From NCBI GenBank assembly GCA_017614345.1, contig JAGACB010000139.1, positions 3,028-35,027 of the forward strand: a stretch of 32,000 nucleotides of DNA, given 5' to 3'. This document shows, in pieces, positions 1-7,779 of this stretch (positions are counted from its first letter, which is position 1; the number at the start of each line of letters is the position of its first letter). A program made the translations under genes and the position numbers. The notes under the pieces were generated by a model, which was not told the origin of the DNA, did no database searches, and saw nothing but the letters and a program-made list of their open reading frames with translations. The stretch comes from Lachnospiraceae bacterium (lineage in GTDB: Bacteria > Bacillota > Clostridia > Lachnospirales > Lachnospiraceae).

Positions 1-1519
1 AGTAGAAGACGATCCTGGCTGCCGTATCTGCTGCCATGGCTTTGCAGATGGAAGCGGTGACAAAGTCTCCCCGCTTTAACATCCGTAAATAGTTGCACTG
101 GGCGTACTGGCAGTATTCGTGGAAGAGGGTGGCAAGCATTTTTCTGCGCCAGTCTTCCGGCATTTCCTTCAGGAAGAAGTTACGGATCCTTGTTAAGCTG
201 CCCTCGGGATCTGTGTAGATCTCACCATTGACGGCAGCTGCGATTCCGCTGATCTCATTTTCTGTGGGATGGAACCAGTCGGGACAGGATTGAACCGACG
301 GATCATATCTGCCGATCTTTTCGGTTATCTCGGGGATCCCCGTGAGCTCCGTAAAGAAGCTGTCGATCCTGCGGACGCCGTGGCGGGCCAGGGGATCGGG
401 AGTCTTTCCGAAGGTTTTCAGATACAGTTCTGTATAGGCTGCTTCCAGCTCTGAGACGATCTGAACCGCAGGACTTTGTTCGGAGATCCAGAGACACACA
501 CCGACCTCGTAATCGTGATCCGATGAGATGTCATCATCAAAGCCGAAGTGCTCGGAGCCTTCTCCTGCAAAGCCGACACAAATGTAGGGAACGTAGTCCG
601 GGAAGGAACTATCCAGCATGGGACGAAGGGAGTTTTTATAGAACTCCCTTGCTTTTTGGGATAAAGGAGTATGACTCGTTGAAGTAACATTGTCCGTTTC
701 CGCATCGGAAACCGGTTCGATCCCTGCCTTCTTACAGCTCTCCAGATAGTTGTCCCAAATGCGGCCGACAGCTTCGGTATAACCGACATTTGCCTCCAAA
801 TGGTTCTTGGCGTGAAGGTAATGAGCGGCGGCTTTTTCAAAGTCTCCCGTAAGGAAGAAATAGTCGCCGAGGGCGCTTAAGGTGGCGGAATAGTGGAAGT
901 CCGTACCGTTTACCGTAGCGTGGATGGACTCTGCCTCGGAAAGATGCGTATGGGCAGCTTCCGTTTTCGGAGGTTCCTGATGGAGCTCTGCAACCGCCAG
1001 ATTGGTCAGAGTGGTGGCCACTTCAAACTGACGGCCCGGGAGCTTACGGATGACCGAAAGAGCCTTTAAAAACAGTTCTTCGGCACGAACATAATCCGAG
1101 ACTTCCTCAGCCAGTAAGCCCCAGTTGTTGTAGAGTCCTGCAAAGAGGTAATCCTCGGGAGAAAGCTGCTTTTGGAAAATGTCTTCCGCCTGCCGGTAAT
1201 GATCCTCGGATTCCTCCGGGCGTCCGAAGGCACGGTCTGCATTTGCAATGTTTAAGAGGATGGTTCCGTATTCCGGACGGTCCTGCAGGTTCATTGCCCG
1301 GGCAAGCTGCAGAAGGCGTGCGCCGGCCTCGAGCCCCTTCTCGTTCTGAGAGGTGTCACGGCAGTAGCCTAAGAGCTCCGACAGAAGGGAAAGAGCGGAC
1401 GGGTAGTCCGGTTCCTCCAATGCTGCATTGATATGATCCTCAAGGTAGGCTGTGATCTCGGCTACGGACTTTACTCCGAAGAGAGAGTCGTATTCGGCAA
1501 GGGTTTGATTCAGGTCCAT
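1..1519 (-). CDS. TPR-repeat protein with an uncharacterised C-terminal domain (start codon in window; 3' end beyond window edge)
   Basis: The minus-strand frame is open from the ATG (complement of 1517-1519) to position 1 with no stop. It is absent from the ORF track because it has no in-window stop. GGAGG (complement of 1528-1532) lies 8 nt upstream. Translation begins MDLNQTLAEYDSLFGVKSVAEITAYLEDHINAALEE. TPR-like helical repeats follow, e.g. GTILLNIANADRAFGRPEESEDHYRQAEDIF, AGLYNNWGLLAEEVSDYVRAEELFLKAL, LSALGDYFFLTGDFEKAAAHYLHAK. I cannot assign a function to the C-terminal half. Confidence 0.75.
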   Translation of the reverse strand, partial: MDLNQTLAEYDSLFGVKSVAEITAYLEDHINAALEEPDYPSALSLLSELLGYCRDTSQNEKGLEAGARLLQLARAMNLQDRPEYGTILLNIANADRAFGRPEESEDHYRQAEDIFQKQLSPEDYLFAGLYNNWGLLAEEVSDYVRAEELFLKALSVIRKLPGRQFEVATTLTNLAVAELHQEPPKTEAAHTHLSEAESIHATVNGTDFHYSATLSALGDYFFLTGDFEKAAAHYLHAKNHLEANVGYTEAVGRIWDNYLESCKKAGIEPVSDAETDNVTSTSHTPLSQKAREFYKNSLRPMLDSSFPDYVPYICVGFAGEGSEHFGFDDDISSDHDYEVGVCLWISEQSPAVQIVSELEAAYTELYLKTFGKTPDPLARHGVRRIDSFFTELTGIPEITEKIGRYDPSVQSCPDWFHPTENEISGIAAAVNGEIYTDPEGSLTRIRNFFLKEMPEDWRRKMLATLFHEYCQYAQCNYLRMLKRGDFVTASICKAMAADTAARIVFY

Positions 1520-1620
1520 GACATGTACCTCCTGTTAAGTTGCAGGCTTAAGGCCTGCAATAATCGGCGATCAAACAATGTCTGTTCAGCGCATATTATT
1601 TGGTTCGCCGGATTCTGTTT

Positions 1621-1654
1621 GAAATAAAAATGCCTTCGGAGGTTCTCCGAAGGC
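1621..1654 (-). terminator. Rho-independent terminator downstream of tRNA-Gly
   Basis: A 9-bp GC-rich stem (gccttcgga / tccgaaggc, 1632-1640 and 1646-1654) has a 5-nt loop. On the minus strand it is followed by ATTTTTATTTC. Confidence 0.75.
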
Positions 1655-1660
1655 GGGTCG

Positions 1661-1731
1661 AGCAGCTGACGGGAATCGAACCCGCCTGGCCAGCTTGGGA
1701 AGCTGGAATTCTACCGATGAACTACAGCTGC
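1661..1731 (-). tRNA. tRNA-Gly (anticodon CCC)
   Basis: The minus-strand read is GCAGCTG TA GTTC ATCGGTA GAAT T CCAGC TTCCCAA GCTGG CCAG GCGGG TTCGATT CCCGT CAGCTGC T. It has a 7-bp acceptor stem, GG in the D loop, a TTCGA T-loop, the anticodon loop TT-CCC-AA and discriminator U, for 71 nt in total. The next bases are CGA, so CCA is not encoded. Confidence 0.9.
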
Positions 1732-1749
1732 ATATCTGAAACTTTGTTT

Positions 1750-1778
1750 ATTATAGCACCTTCACGAATAATTGGCAA
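1750..1778 (-). promoter_or_regulatory. Sigma-70-type promoter for tRNA-Gly
   Basis: The minus strand reads TTGCCA, a 17-nt spacer, then TATAAT, with TGc immediately upstream of the -10 (extended -10). The -10 ends about 18 nt before the tRNA 5' end. Confidence 0.7.
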
Positions 1779-1836
1779 CCACCAATTTGATGACAGGGGG
1801 ACGATTCTTTTGTCATCTGACACCCTAATTTAAGCA

Positions 1837-1865
1837 TTGACGCTTTTTTTCCAAAGAGTTATAAT
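1837..1865 (+). promoter_or_regulatory. Sigma-70-type promoter for the CorC/HlyC transporter gene
   Basis: TTGACG (1837-1842), a 17-nt spacer and a consensus TATAAT (1860-1865) lie about 65 nt upstream of the ATG at 1932. Confidence 0.7.
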
Positions 1866-1931
1866 GTACTCCGTATATGCATGGGCATTTTCCAAAGATG
1901 ATTTGGAAGACGAATATCAAAGGAGGACGTA

Positions 1932-3293
1932 ATGGACGAAGGCCAGTATGCCTTGTGCGGCTTGATCATTTTTGTGTTATCACTGGTGATCCAGGCTGTG
2001 TTTTATTGTTTTGGTTCTGCAATTCAGGAGATCAGCGACGAAGATGTGGATGAGCAGGCGGAGTCGGGTGACGAGACTGCCGGGAAGATCAAGAAGATCA
2101 TGGATGATCCGGGAAGATTCATCAGGTGTATCCATCTGGTGACTGCCGGAACGGACGTGATCCTGGGATTCTTTGTGCTCCGGCACTTCGGTCTGTTTTT
2201 CGGAAAGCTCTTCGGACTTGCTGCGGATGATTACGGTTGGTATTTTCTGATCTATGCGTTACTGCTGGTGGTCATGATGATCATGGTGTTACTGCTGGGG
2301 ATCGCCCTTCCGAGACAGGACGGGGCCAATCACGCAGAACGGAATGCAAGGCGGTATGTGAATTTCATTTCCCTGATGCTGATCCTTTTGAAGCCGGTAA
2401 CGGCTTTGGTGGATCGTGCGACCAGAGGACTGGTGAAGGTCAGCGGCAATACCTATCAGGATGAAGAGGACGTGACGGAGGAAGAGATCATTTCCATGGT
2501 CAAGGAAGGTCACGAACAGGGGATCCTGGAGGAGAGCGAAGCGGAGATGATCAACAATATCTTCGAGTTTGACGATAAGAAGGCAGAGGAGATCATGACC
2601 CACAGGTCGGAGATCATCGGTCTGGATTCTTCGTTGACCCTGGAGGAAGCGGTTTCCGTGGCGCTTGCCGAGAGTAATACCAGATTTCCGGTATTCTCCG
2701 GCACCATTGATGAGGTTCTCGGTATCATGCATCTGAAGGATGCCATGCGGATGGCTCAGGATGAAGAGCTCAGAAAGAAGACCATCGGGACCATTCCCGA
2801 TCTGCTCCGGGAGCTGAAGTGTGTTCCTGAGACCAAGAATATCAACGACCTGTTCCGTGAGATGCAGCAGGAGCGTCTGGCTCTTGTGATCGTGGTGGAT
2901 GAGTACGGTCAGACTGCCGGTCTTATCACCATGGAGGATATCCTGGAAGAGATCGTGGGAAACATCGAGGATGAGTACGATGATCAGGATCAGGAGATCC
3001 GTCAGCTGGAGCAGGATGTGTTCCTGATCCGCGGAAGCTCTGCTCTTGAGGAGGTCAGTGAGGCTCTGGATCTGGATTTCGGAGAGGCGGATTATGATAC
3101 GCTGAACGGCTTTATGATCGCCAAGCTTGACCGGATCCCCAGAAAGACCGAGCGTCCCAAGATCTATTACCGCGGCTGGGTTTTCGAGACCCTTCGCATG
3201 AACAACAAGATGATCGCTCTTGTGCGGGCCGTAAAACGTCCCGAGGAAAATGAATCAGATCCCGGACTTTCCAAAACCGGAGAGCGGGAATGA
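1932..3293 (+). CDS. HlyC/CorC (CNNM-type) family transporter: DUF21 membrane domain + CBS pair + CorC_HlyC C-terminal domain
   Basis: 453-aa ORF with AGGAGG 5 nt upstream. The N-terminus is hydrophobic with about 4 TM segments. The family-typical MTHRSEIIGLD motif is followed by CBS-pair sequence (VVDEYGQTAGLITMEDILEEIVGNIEDEYD) and a C-terminal transporter-associated domain (TLNGFMIAKLDRIPRK...). Confidence 0.9.
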   Translation: MDEGQYALCGLIIFVLSLVIQAVFYCFGSAIQEISDEDVDEQAESGDETAGKIKKIMDDPGRFIRCIHLVTAGTDVILGFFVLRHFGLFFGKLFGLAADDYGWYFLIYALLLVVMMIMVLLLGIALPRQDGANHAERNARRYVNFISLMLILLKPVTALVDRATRGLVKVSGNTYQDEEDVTEEEIISMVKEGHEQGILEESEAEMINNIFEFDDKKAEEIMTHRSEIIGLDSSLTLEEAVSVALAESNTRFPVFSGTIDEVLGIMHLKDAMRMAQDEELRKKTIGTIPDLLRELKCVPETKNINDLFREMQQERLALVIVVDEYGQTAGLITMEDILEEIVGNIEDEYDDQDQEIRQLEQDVFLIRGSSALEEVSEALDLDFGEADYDTLNGFMIAKLDRIPRKTERPKIYYRGWVFETLRMNNKMIALVRAVKRPEENESDPGLSKTGERE

Positions 3294-3330
3294 GATAAAT
3301 GAAACCATTATAAAAGGAGTTTTTTACAAC

Positions 3331-4059
3331 ATGTCAGGACATTCAAAATTTGCCAACATTAAGCATAAGAAGGAGAAGAACGATGCCGCTAAGGGCAAGA
3401 TCTTTACCCGTCTGGGACGCGAGATCGCCGTTGCCGTTAAGGAAGGCGGACCCGATCCGAATAATAACTCAAAGCTGAAGGATATCATTGCAAAGGCAAA
3501 GGCAAATAACATGCCCAATGCCAACATCGAGCGCAGTATCAAGAATGCTGCCGGTGACACCAACGGAGCAAACTACGAAGCCCTTCAGTATGAAGGCTAC
3601 GGCCCCAAGGGGATTGCCATCATCGTAACCACTCTGACGGACAACAAGAACCGTACCGCTTCCAACGTGCGTAATGCATTTACCAAGGGCGGCGGAAACG
3701 TCGGAACCACAGGCTGTGTTTCCTATATGTTCGATCAGAAGGGCCAGATCATCATCGACAAGGAAGAGTGCGAGATGAGTGCCGACGATCTGATGCTGCT
3801 GGTACTGGATGCCGGTGCAGAGGACTTCAGCGAGGAAGAGGACAGCTTTGAGATCACCACAGCTCCGGATGATTTCTCCAAGGTGCTGGAAGTGATCGAA
3901 GAAGAAAAGATCCCCATGGTCAGTGCAGATGTTACCATGATCCCTCAGACCTTCGTAACACTGACTGATGAGCAGGATATCAAGATGATGAACCGCATCC
4001 TGGATCTTCTTGATGAGGATGATGACGTTCAGGAAGTATTCCATAACTGGGATGAATAA
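3331..4059 (+). CDS. yebC: YebC/PmpR-family protein (DNA-binding regulator / translation-associated factor family)
   Basis: Starts MSGHSKFANIKHKKEKNDAAKGKIFTRLGREIAVAVKEGGPDPNNNSKL, the hallmark N-terminus of the family. AAAGGAG lies at 3313-3319. The track ORF begins at 3250, but the ATG at 3331 matches the family N-terminus and the RBS. Confidence 0.92.
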   Translation: MSGHSKFANIKHKKEKNDAAKGKIFTRLGREIAVAVKEGGPDPNNNSKLKDIIAKAKANNMPNANIERSIKNAAGDTNGANYEALQYEGYGPKGIAIIVTTLTDNKNRTASNVRNAFTKGGGNVGTTGCVSYMFDQKGQIIIDKEECEMSADDLMLLVLDAGAEDFSEEEDSFEITTAPDDFSKVLEVIEEEKIPMVSADVTMIPQTFVTLTDEQDIKMMNRILDLLDEDDDVQEVFHNWDE

Positions 4060-4117
4060 TAACCGCCTGTGAGGGGCGTTCAAAAGACTGGTTTCTCTTT
4101 TGAGAAAGGTGAAAAAT

Positions 4118-6034
4118 ATGAATGAAAACGGTGGAATGAATCCGATGGGCCAAGGGATGCCGCAGAGTGCACCTCAGCCCGGACAGGGAATGCAGGGGAT
4201 GCCTCAGGGCGCACCTCAGCCCGGACAGGGAATGCAGGGGATGCCTCAGAGAGCACCTCAGCCCGGACAGGGAATGCAGGGAATGCCTCAAAGAGCACCG
4301 CAGGTCGCAGGGCCTCAGGGTATGCCGCAATATGCGGGTCCCGGGGGACCTCAGCGCAGGAACATGGGCAGACCGCCTCAGAAAAAGAAGTCCTATGCAG
4401 CCGGTCCTTATATCGGTATGCTGGGGATCTTCCTGGTCATGGGGGCAGATGCATTTGCCAAGCTGACCATCCTGATCGTGGCTTACCTGCTGCTGGTGGT
4501 CATTAATCCCGGCGGTATGTCCGGTGTCACCATTGATAATCGCGTGCTTATCATGGAGAAGATGGGCCTCAGGGATTCGGTCTATAATACAGATCTGGGA
4601 AAGAATCTGAAGGATTACAAGGATATGAAGGTTCCGGAAAAGGCAACCTACACCGTGATGGTCTATATGATCGGAACGGATCTGGAAACCGGAATGTCTG
4701 CAGGAACCAAAGATATCGAAGAGATGATAAATGCCGAGCTCGATGACGATGTTCAGGTGCTGATCTATGCCGGTGGTACCACCGGATGGAACAATGAGGT
4801 GCTTTCTCCTGCCAAGCATCATATCTGTCTCGTGAATAATCAGGGCTTTTCCGTTGTGGAAAGCCGTGACCGCGTCAATATGGCAAATCCTACCGTCCTT
4901 TCCGACTTTATTGAAATGGGCATGAAGGATTATCCGGCAGATCATTACGGTCTCATTCTCTGGGATCACGGAAACGGTCCGGTTGTGGGCTACGGATATC
5001 CCAGTGATGTGGAAGAAGATGATATCACCATGAGCTTGGCGGAGCTGGATCAGGCATTTTCTATCGGCTTTGACGGTCAGAAGGTGGATTTCATCGGCTT
5101 TGATGCCTGCCTCATGGGTTCCGTGGAAACGGTTCAGATGGTATCCGAGTATACCGATTGTATGATCGCATCTCCGGAGACCACCTACGGAACAGGCTGG
5201 TACTATACGCCTTTCCTGAGTCATTTGTCCGATCATAAGTATGATTCTGTATTCGTGATCGCCGATCGTGTGATCTCTGCGTATAACGAGAGTATTTTCG
5301 GTGAAGAAGACGGTTTCAATCCTCTTCATCCCAACACCAAGGATGAGACGGAAACGGAAGCAGAATCGGAATCCTTCCCTGACGGAGACGATCAGGGACC
5401 GCTGACGGTTCAGCAGGCAATGGATAATTATACCGGCATTCTGACGGATATGATGGGCAGAAAGAATACCAACGTGGTCATGGCGGTTTATGACTGCCGC
5501 AAGATCCACGATGCCATTGATGCTCTTGATGCTCTGACGGTAAGGATCCGTGAGGATTACAATGATGAGCAGATCGCAAACCGCGCCGGTGTTGTCAAGC
5601 AGTATGACAGCCCCGATATGATCGATGCCGGAATGTGGGCTCTGATGTATTTCCCCGAGTATCCGGAAGCAGAAGTGTACTATGACAGAGTAACCGACGT
5701 GGTTTATGACCACAGTGCCTCCGTGGATGTGGGCTATTGCTGCGGTATCAGCCAGTATCTGCCTACCAATGAGAACTCCTACGAGGATTATAAAGAACAT
5801 TACGATGATTTCATTCTGTATGACTGGGGATCAGAGGAATATCACACCATGGTGGGTGATATCATCGACTTCTATGAAAAGCCTGCTGCATCCAAGCCCG
5901 GCCTCTCTGAGCTTTGGAGCAGTATGGTAGATCTGTATCACGCAGAACAGAATGAGAAAGAGAACGCTTCCGAGACCGAATCCGGATCGGAGACGGAAAC
6001 AGAAACCGAAGAGAATATTTCCATGGGTAACTGA
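4118..6034 (+). CDS. Membrane-anchored clostripain-like cysteine peptidase (family C11) with a Gln/Pro/Met-rich repeat tail
   Basis: The C11 catalytic dyad contexts are present: LILWDHGNGPV (His) and DFIGFDACLMGSVE (Cys). The start of the peptidase core reads TYTVMVYMIGTDLE. The N-terminal about 90 aa are low-complexity PQPGQGMQGM repeats, followed by a hydrophobic anchor (YIGMLGIFLVMGADAFAKLTILIVAYLLLVVI). The C-terminal tail is acidic and ETE-rich. I prefer the ATG at 4118 (RBS-like agaaaggtg upstream) over the TTG at 4100 used in the track. Confidence 0.85.
   Translation: MNENGGMNPMGQGMPQSAPQPGQGMQGMPQGAPQPGQGMQGMPQRAPQPGQGMQGMPQRAPQVAGPQGMPQYAGPGGPQRRNMGRPPQKKKSYAAGPYIGMLGIFLVMGADAFAKLTILIVAYLLLVVINPGGMSGVTIDNRVLIMEKMGLRDSVYNTDLGKNLKDYKDMKVPEKATYTVMVYMIGTDLETGMSAGTKDIEEMINAELDDDVQVLIYAGGTTGWNNEVLSPAKHHICLVNNQGFSVVESRDRVNMANPTVLSDFIEMGMKDYPADHYGLILWDHGNGPVVGYGYPSDVEEDDITMSLAELDQAFSIGFDGQKVDFIGFDACLMGSVETVQMVSEYTDCMIASPETTYGTGWYYTPFLSHLSDHKYDSVFVIADRVISAYNESIFGEEDGFNPLHPNTKDETETEAESESFPDGDDQGPLTVQQAMDNYTGILTDMMGRKNTNVVMAVYDCRKIHDAIDALDALTVRIREDYNDEQIANRAGVVKQYDSPDMIDAGMWALMYFPEYPEAEVYYDRVTDVVYDHSASVDVGYCCGISQYLPTNENSYEDYKEHYDDFILYDWGSEEYHTMVGDIIDFYEKPAASKPGLSELWSSMVDLYHAEQNEKENASETESGSETETETEENISMGN
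4148..4330 (+). repeat. In-frame 42-bp tandem repeat (three near-perfect copies at 4169-4210, 4211-4252 and 4253-4294, with degenerate flanking copies)
   Basis: The unit gcacctcagcccggacagggaatgcaggggatgcctcagggc repeats head to tail with only 2-3 substitutions at the unit ends. It encodes APQPGQGMQGMPQ(G/R). Confidence 0.9.
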
Positions 6035-6110
6035 GTTTTGTTTTCTTCGGACATAAGTGTGGAATTAGGGTTCGGGGTCTTTGTACTCTGAACCGGAAGG
6101 AACATTTAAG

Positions 6111-7658
6111 ATGAATTCAAAGAAAACAATGCTGGTCGCAGCGGGGATCACTCTGGGGATCAGTGCTGCCGTGATCGCGGCAGGACCCATACGGAGTGTT
6201 CTTGCGGAGCCTTCCGGAGCTTCCGGATCCGAGGTAAATGTTACTGCGGCTCCTGTGACGGAAGAGGAAGAAACGCTCATTACCAAGCTGATGTCGATCC
6301 TGACCGGATGGTATATCGATCCGAAGGATGAGAAGCTGGCAGGAGGCTTTGGCTCCAATCTGGGAGATCAGAAGCCGGAGATCATCGAAGAGACCACGGA
6401 AGAGGTCTTTCAGATCGATCACAAGGATGCAAAATCTCTTGAAAAGGCTCTTCAGAAAACAGAAAAATCAAAGGATCCCGAGAAGGCCCTCAAGGAATTT
6501 GAAGGTCAGGCGGTGAGCCTGAAGGCGGCAGAGGCCGAAAAGGACAAGGATCTGGGTTATGTCATGGAGCTCGGAGATCATCTGAAGTTCGTGACAAAAG
6601 AAGATCCGGGCCTGAAGCCCAAGGAAAAGATCACGGTTAAGATCGATTCAGTGGAGAAGGATGGAGAGGATTGGATCATCCGTTACATTCTGGTGGATCC
6701 GGAAAGCGGAGAAGAGCTAGAGCCCAGTCCCACACCCGTTCCCACGAAGAAACCAACTGCTACACCTACTCCCGTGAAGGAACCTACCAAAGCACCTACC
6801 GAGGCTCCGAAGCCCACAACGGCTCCGGTCAATACCCCTACTCCGGTACCGACCCCGGTACCCACACCGGTTCCGACTCCCGTACCTACGCCTGTACCTA
6901 CGCCTGTACCGAAGCCGGTTGCCATTACGGGCTTCGTAAACGGAAATCAGACCTTCTATATCGGTGATACCATTTCAGCAGGAATGCTTACGATCCAGGT
7001 TCAGATGAGTGACGGAACCGTGCTGACCAATCCTGCGGGATATGCCGCATCTCCTCTGACCCTTTCTTCCGCATCGAATGTGATCACACTGAGTTATCAG
7101 GGAATTACGGGTACCATGACAGTGCCGGCAAAGCAGAAACCTGTGGCTACTCCGGTTCCTACGCCCGTACCTACGGCAGTACCTACGCCGGTTCCCACCA
7201 AGGCACCCACCCCGGTTCCTACCAAGGCTCCCACGGCGGCGCCTACACCTACCACGGTGGCTCAGGATCCCAATAAGTATCGTTCCCTGGCGGAAGAGAT
7301 CTTCAATCAGCAGAATCAGGTCCGTACCGGCAGCGGTATTCCGGCCCTTACCTGGGATGAGTCCCTTTATTCCCTGGCTTATACAAGAGCAGTGGAGTCT
7401 GCAACGGTCTACAATACCGGCGGAGGCGACGTGGGATATTATTACGCTCATGTTCATGACGGATTCCGTAATGCCAATGCCGAGAATGCCGGATTTGCCT
7501 CCGGTCCCATGGCTGCGGAAAAATGGGTCTCCATGTGGGTGGGCAGTGAAAGCCATCTGAAGAATATCAAGAACGAGAAGCTGACCAAGTGCGGTGTTGG
7601 TGTATATCAGGATCCTTCTACCGGATACTGCTACGTTATGGTGGTATTTAAGGTCTGA
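6111..7658 (+). CDS. Secreted CAP/SCP (YkwD-like) domain protein with Pro/Thr-rich linkers and an Ig-like middle domain
   Basis: Signal peptide MNSKKTMLVAAGITLGISAAVIAAGP, with GGAAGGAA upstream of the ATG at 6111 (the track starts at a TTG at 6081). Two PT linkers flank a beta-rich segment (ITGFVNGNQTFYIGDTISAGMLTIQVQMSDGTVLTNPAGY...). The C-terminal CAP-like region reads LAEEIFNQQNQVRTGSGIPALTWDESLYSLAYTRAVE...SESHLKNIKNEKLTKCGVGVY. Confidence 0.8.
   Translation: MNSKKTMLVAAGITLGISAAVIAAGPIRSVLAEPSGASGSEVNVTAAPVTEEEETLITKLMSILTGWYIDPKDEKLAGGFGSNLGDQKPEIIEETTEEVFQIDHKDAKSLEKALQKTEKSKDPEKALKEFEGQAVSLKAAEAEKDKDLGYVMELGDHLKFVTKEDPGLKPKEKITVKIDSVEKDGEDWIIRYILVDPESGEELEPSPTPVPTKKPTATPTPVKEPTKAPTEAPKPTTAPVNTPTPVPTPVPTPVPTPVPTPVPTPVPKPVAITGFVNGNQTFYIGDTISAGMLTIQVQMSDGTVLTNPAGYAASPLTLSSASNVITLSYQGITGTMTVPAKQKPVATPVPTPVPTAVPTPVPTKAPTPVPTKAPTAAPTPTTVAQDPNKYRSLAEEIFNQQNQVRTGSGIPALTWDESLYSLAYTRAVESATVYNTGGGDVGYYYAHVHDGFRNANAENAGFASGPMAAEKWVSMWVGSESHLKNIKNEKLTKCGVGVYQDPSTGYCYVMVVFKV
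6721..6916 (+). repeat. Pro/Thr linker-coding low-complexity repeat; core (PTPV)n at about 6835-6916
   Basis: Encodes PSPTPVPTKKPTATPTPVKEPTKAPTEAPKPTTAPVNTPTPVPTPVPTPVPTPVPTPVPTPVPKP. Synonymous codons vary between units, so the DNA repeat is imperfect. Confidence 0.85.
7138..7255 (+). repeat. Second Pro/Thr linker-coding low-complexity repeat
   Basis: Encodes KPVATPVPTPVPTAVPTPVPTKAPTPVPTKAPTAAPTPTT. Confidence 0.8.
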
Positions 7659-7726
7659 GTGTTCCTTTCACTTCAGGTAAGACCTGATAAGATCACATCT
7701 CATTGGAAATTTCATCACACAACAAC

Positions 7727-7764
7727 AAAAGCGGTTCCCGATGGATTCGGGAACCGCTTTTTTC
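7727..7764. terminator. Bidirectional Rho-independent terminator between convergent genes
   Basis: An 11-bp stem gcggttcccga / tcgggaaccgc has a tggat loop. An A-run lies upstream (aaaa) and a T-run downstream (tttttt), so it can terminate both the + strand CAP gene and the - strand membrane-protein gene. Confidence 0.85.
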
Positions 7765-7779
7765 AGGATGATGAAATGA

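Noticed and set aside
1600-1833. A 77-aa plus-strand ORF, plus neighbouring short ORFs at 1243-1627
   Set aside because: They overlap the tRNA-Gly gene, its promoter and terminator, or the TPR CDS in other frames. None has an RBS, and their composition is implausible for a protein.
3980-5800. A 606-aa ORF on the minus strand, the longest antisense ORF in the track
   Set aside because: It lies entirely antisense to the C11 peptidase gene, whose product has clear catalytic motifs. Its translation is low-complexity and rich in His, Ile, Arg, Cys and Leu, and it mirrors the sense-strand repeats (LRCSLRHPLHSLSG repeated). It has no RBS and no recognisable domain. This is the typical stop-poor antisense frame of a gene with biased codon usage.
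6721-7255. Periodic short repeats that might be mistaken for a CRISPR array or other non-coding repeat array
   Set aside because: The repeats are in frame within a long ORF and encode Pro/Thr linkers. The period is 12 nt with synonymous variation, and there is no repeat-spacer architecture. No cas genes are present in the window.
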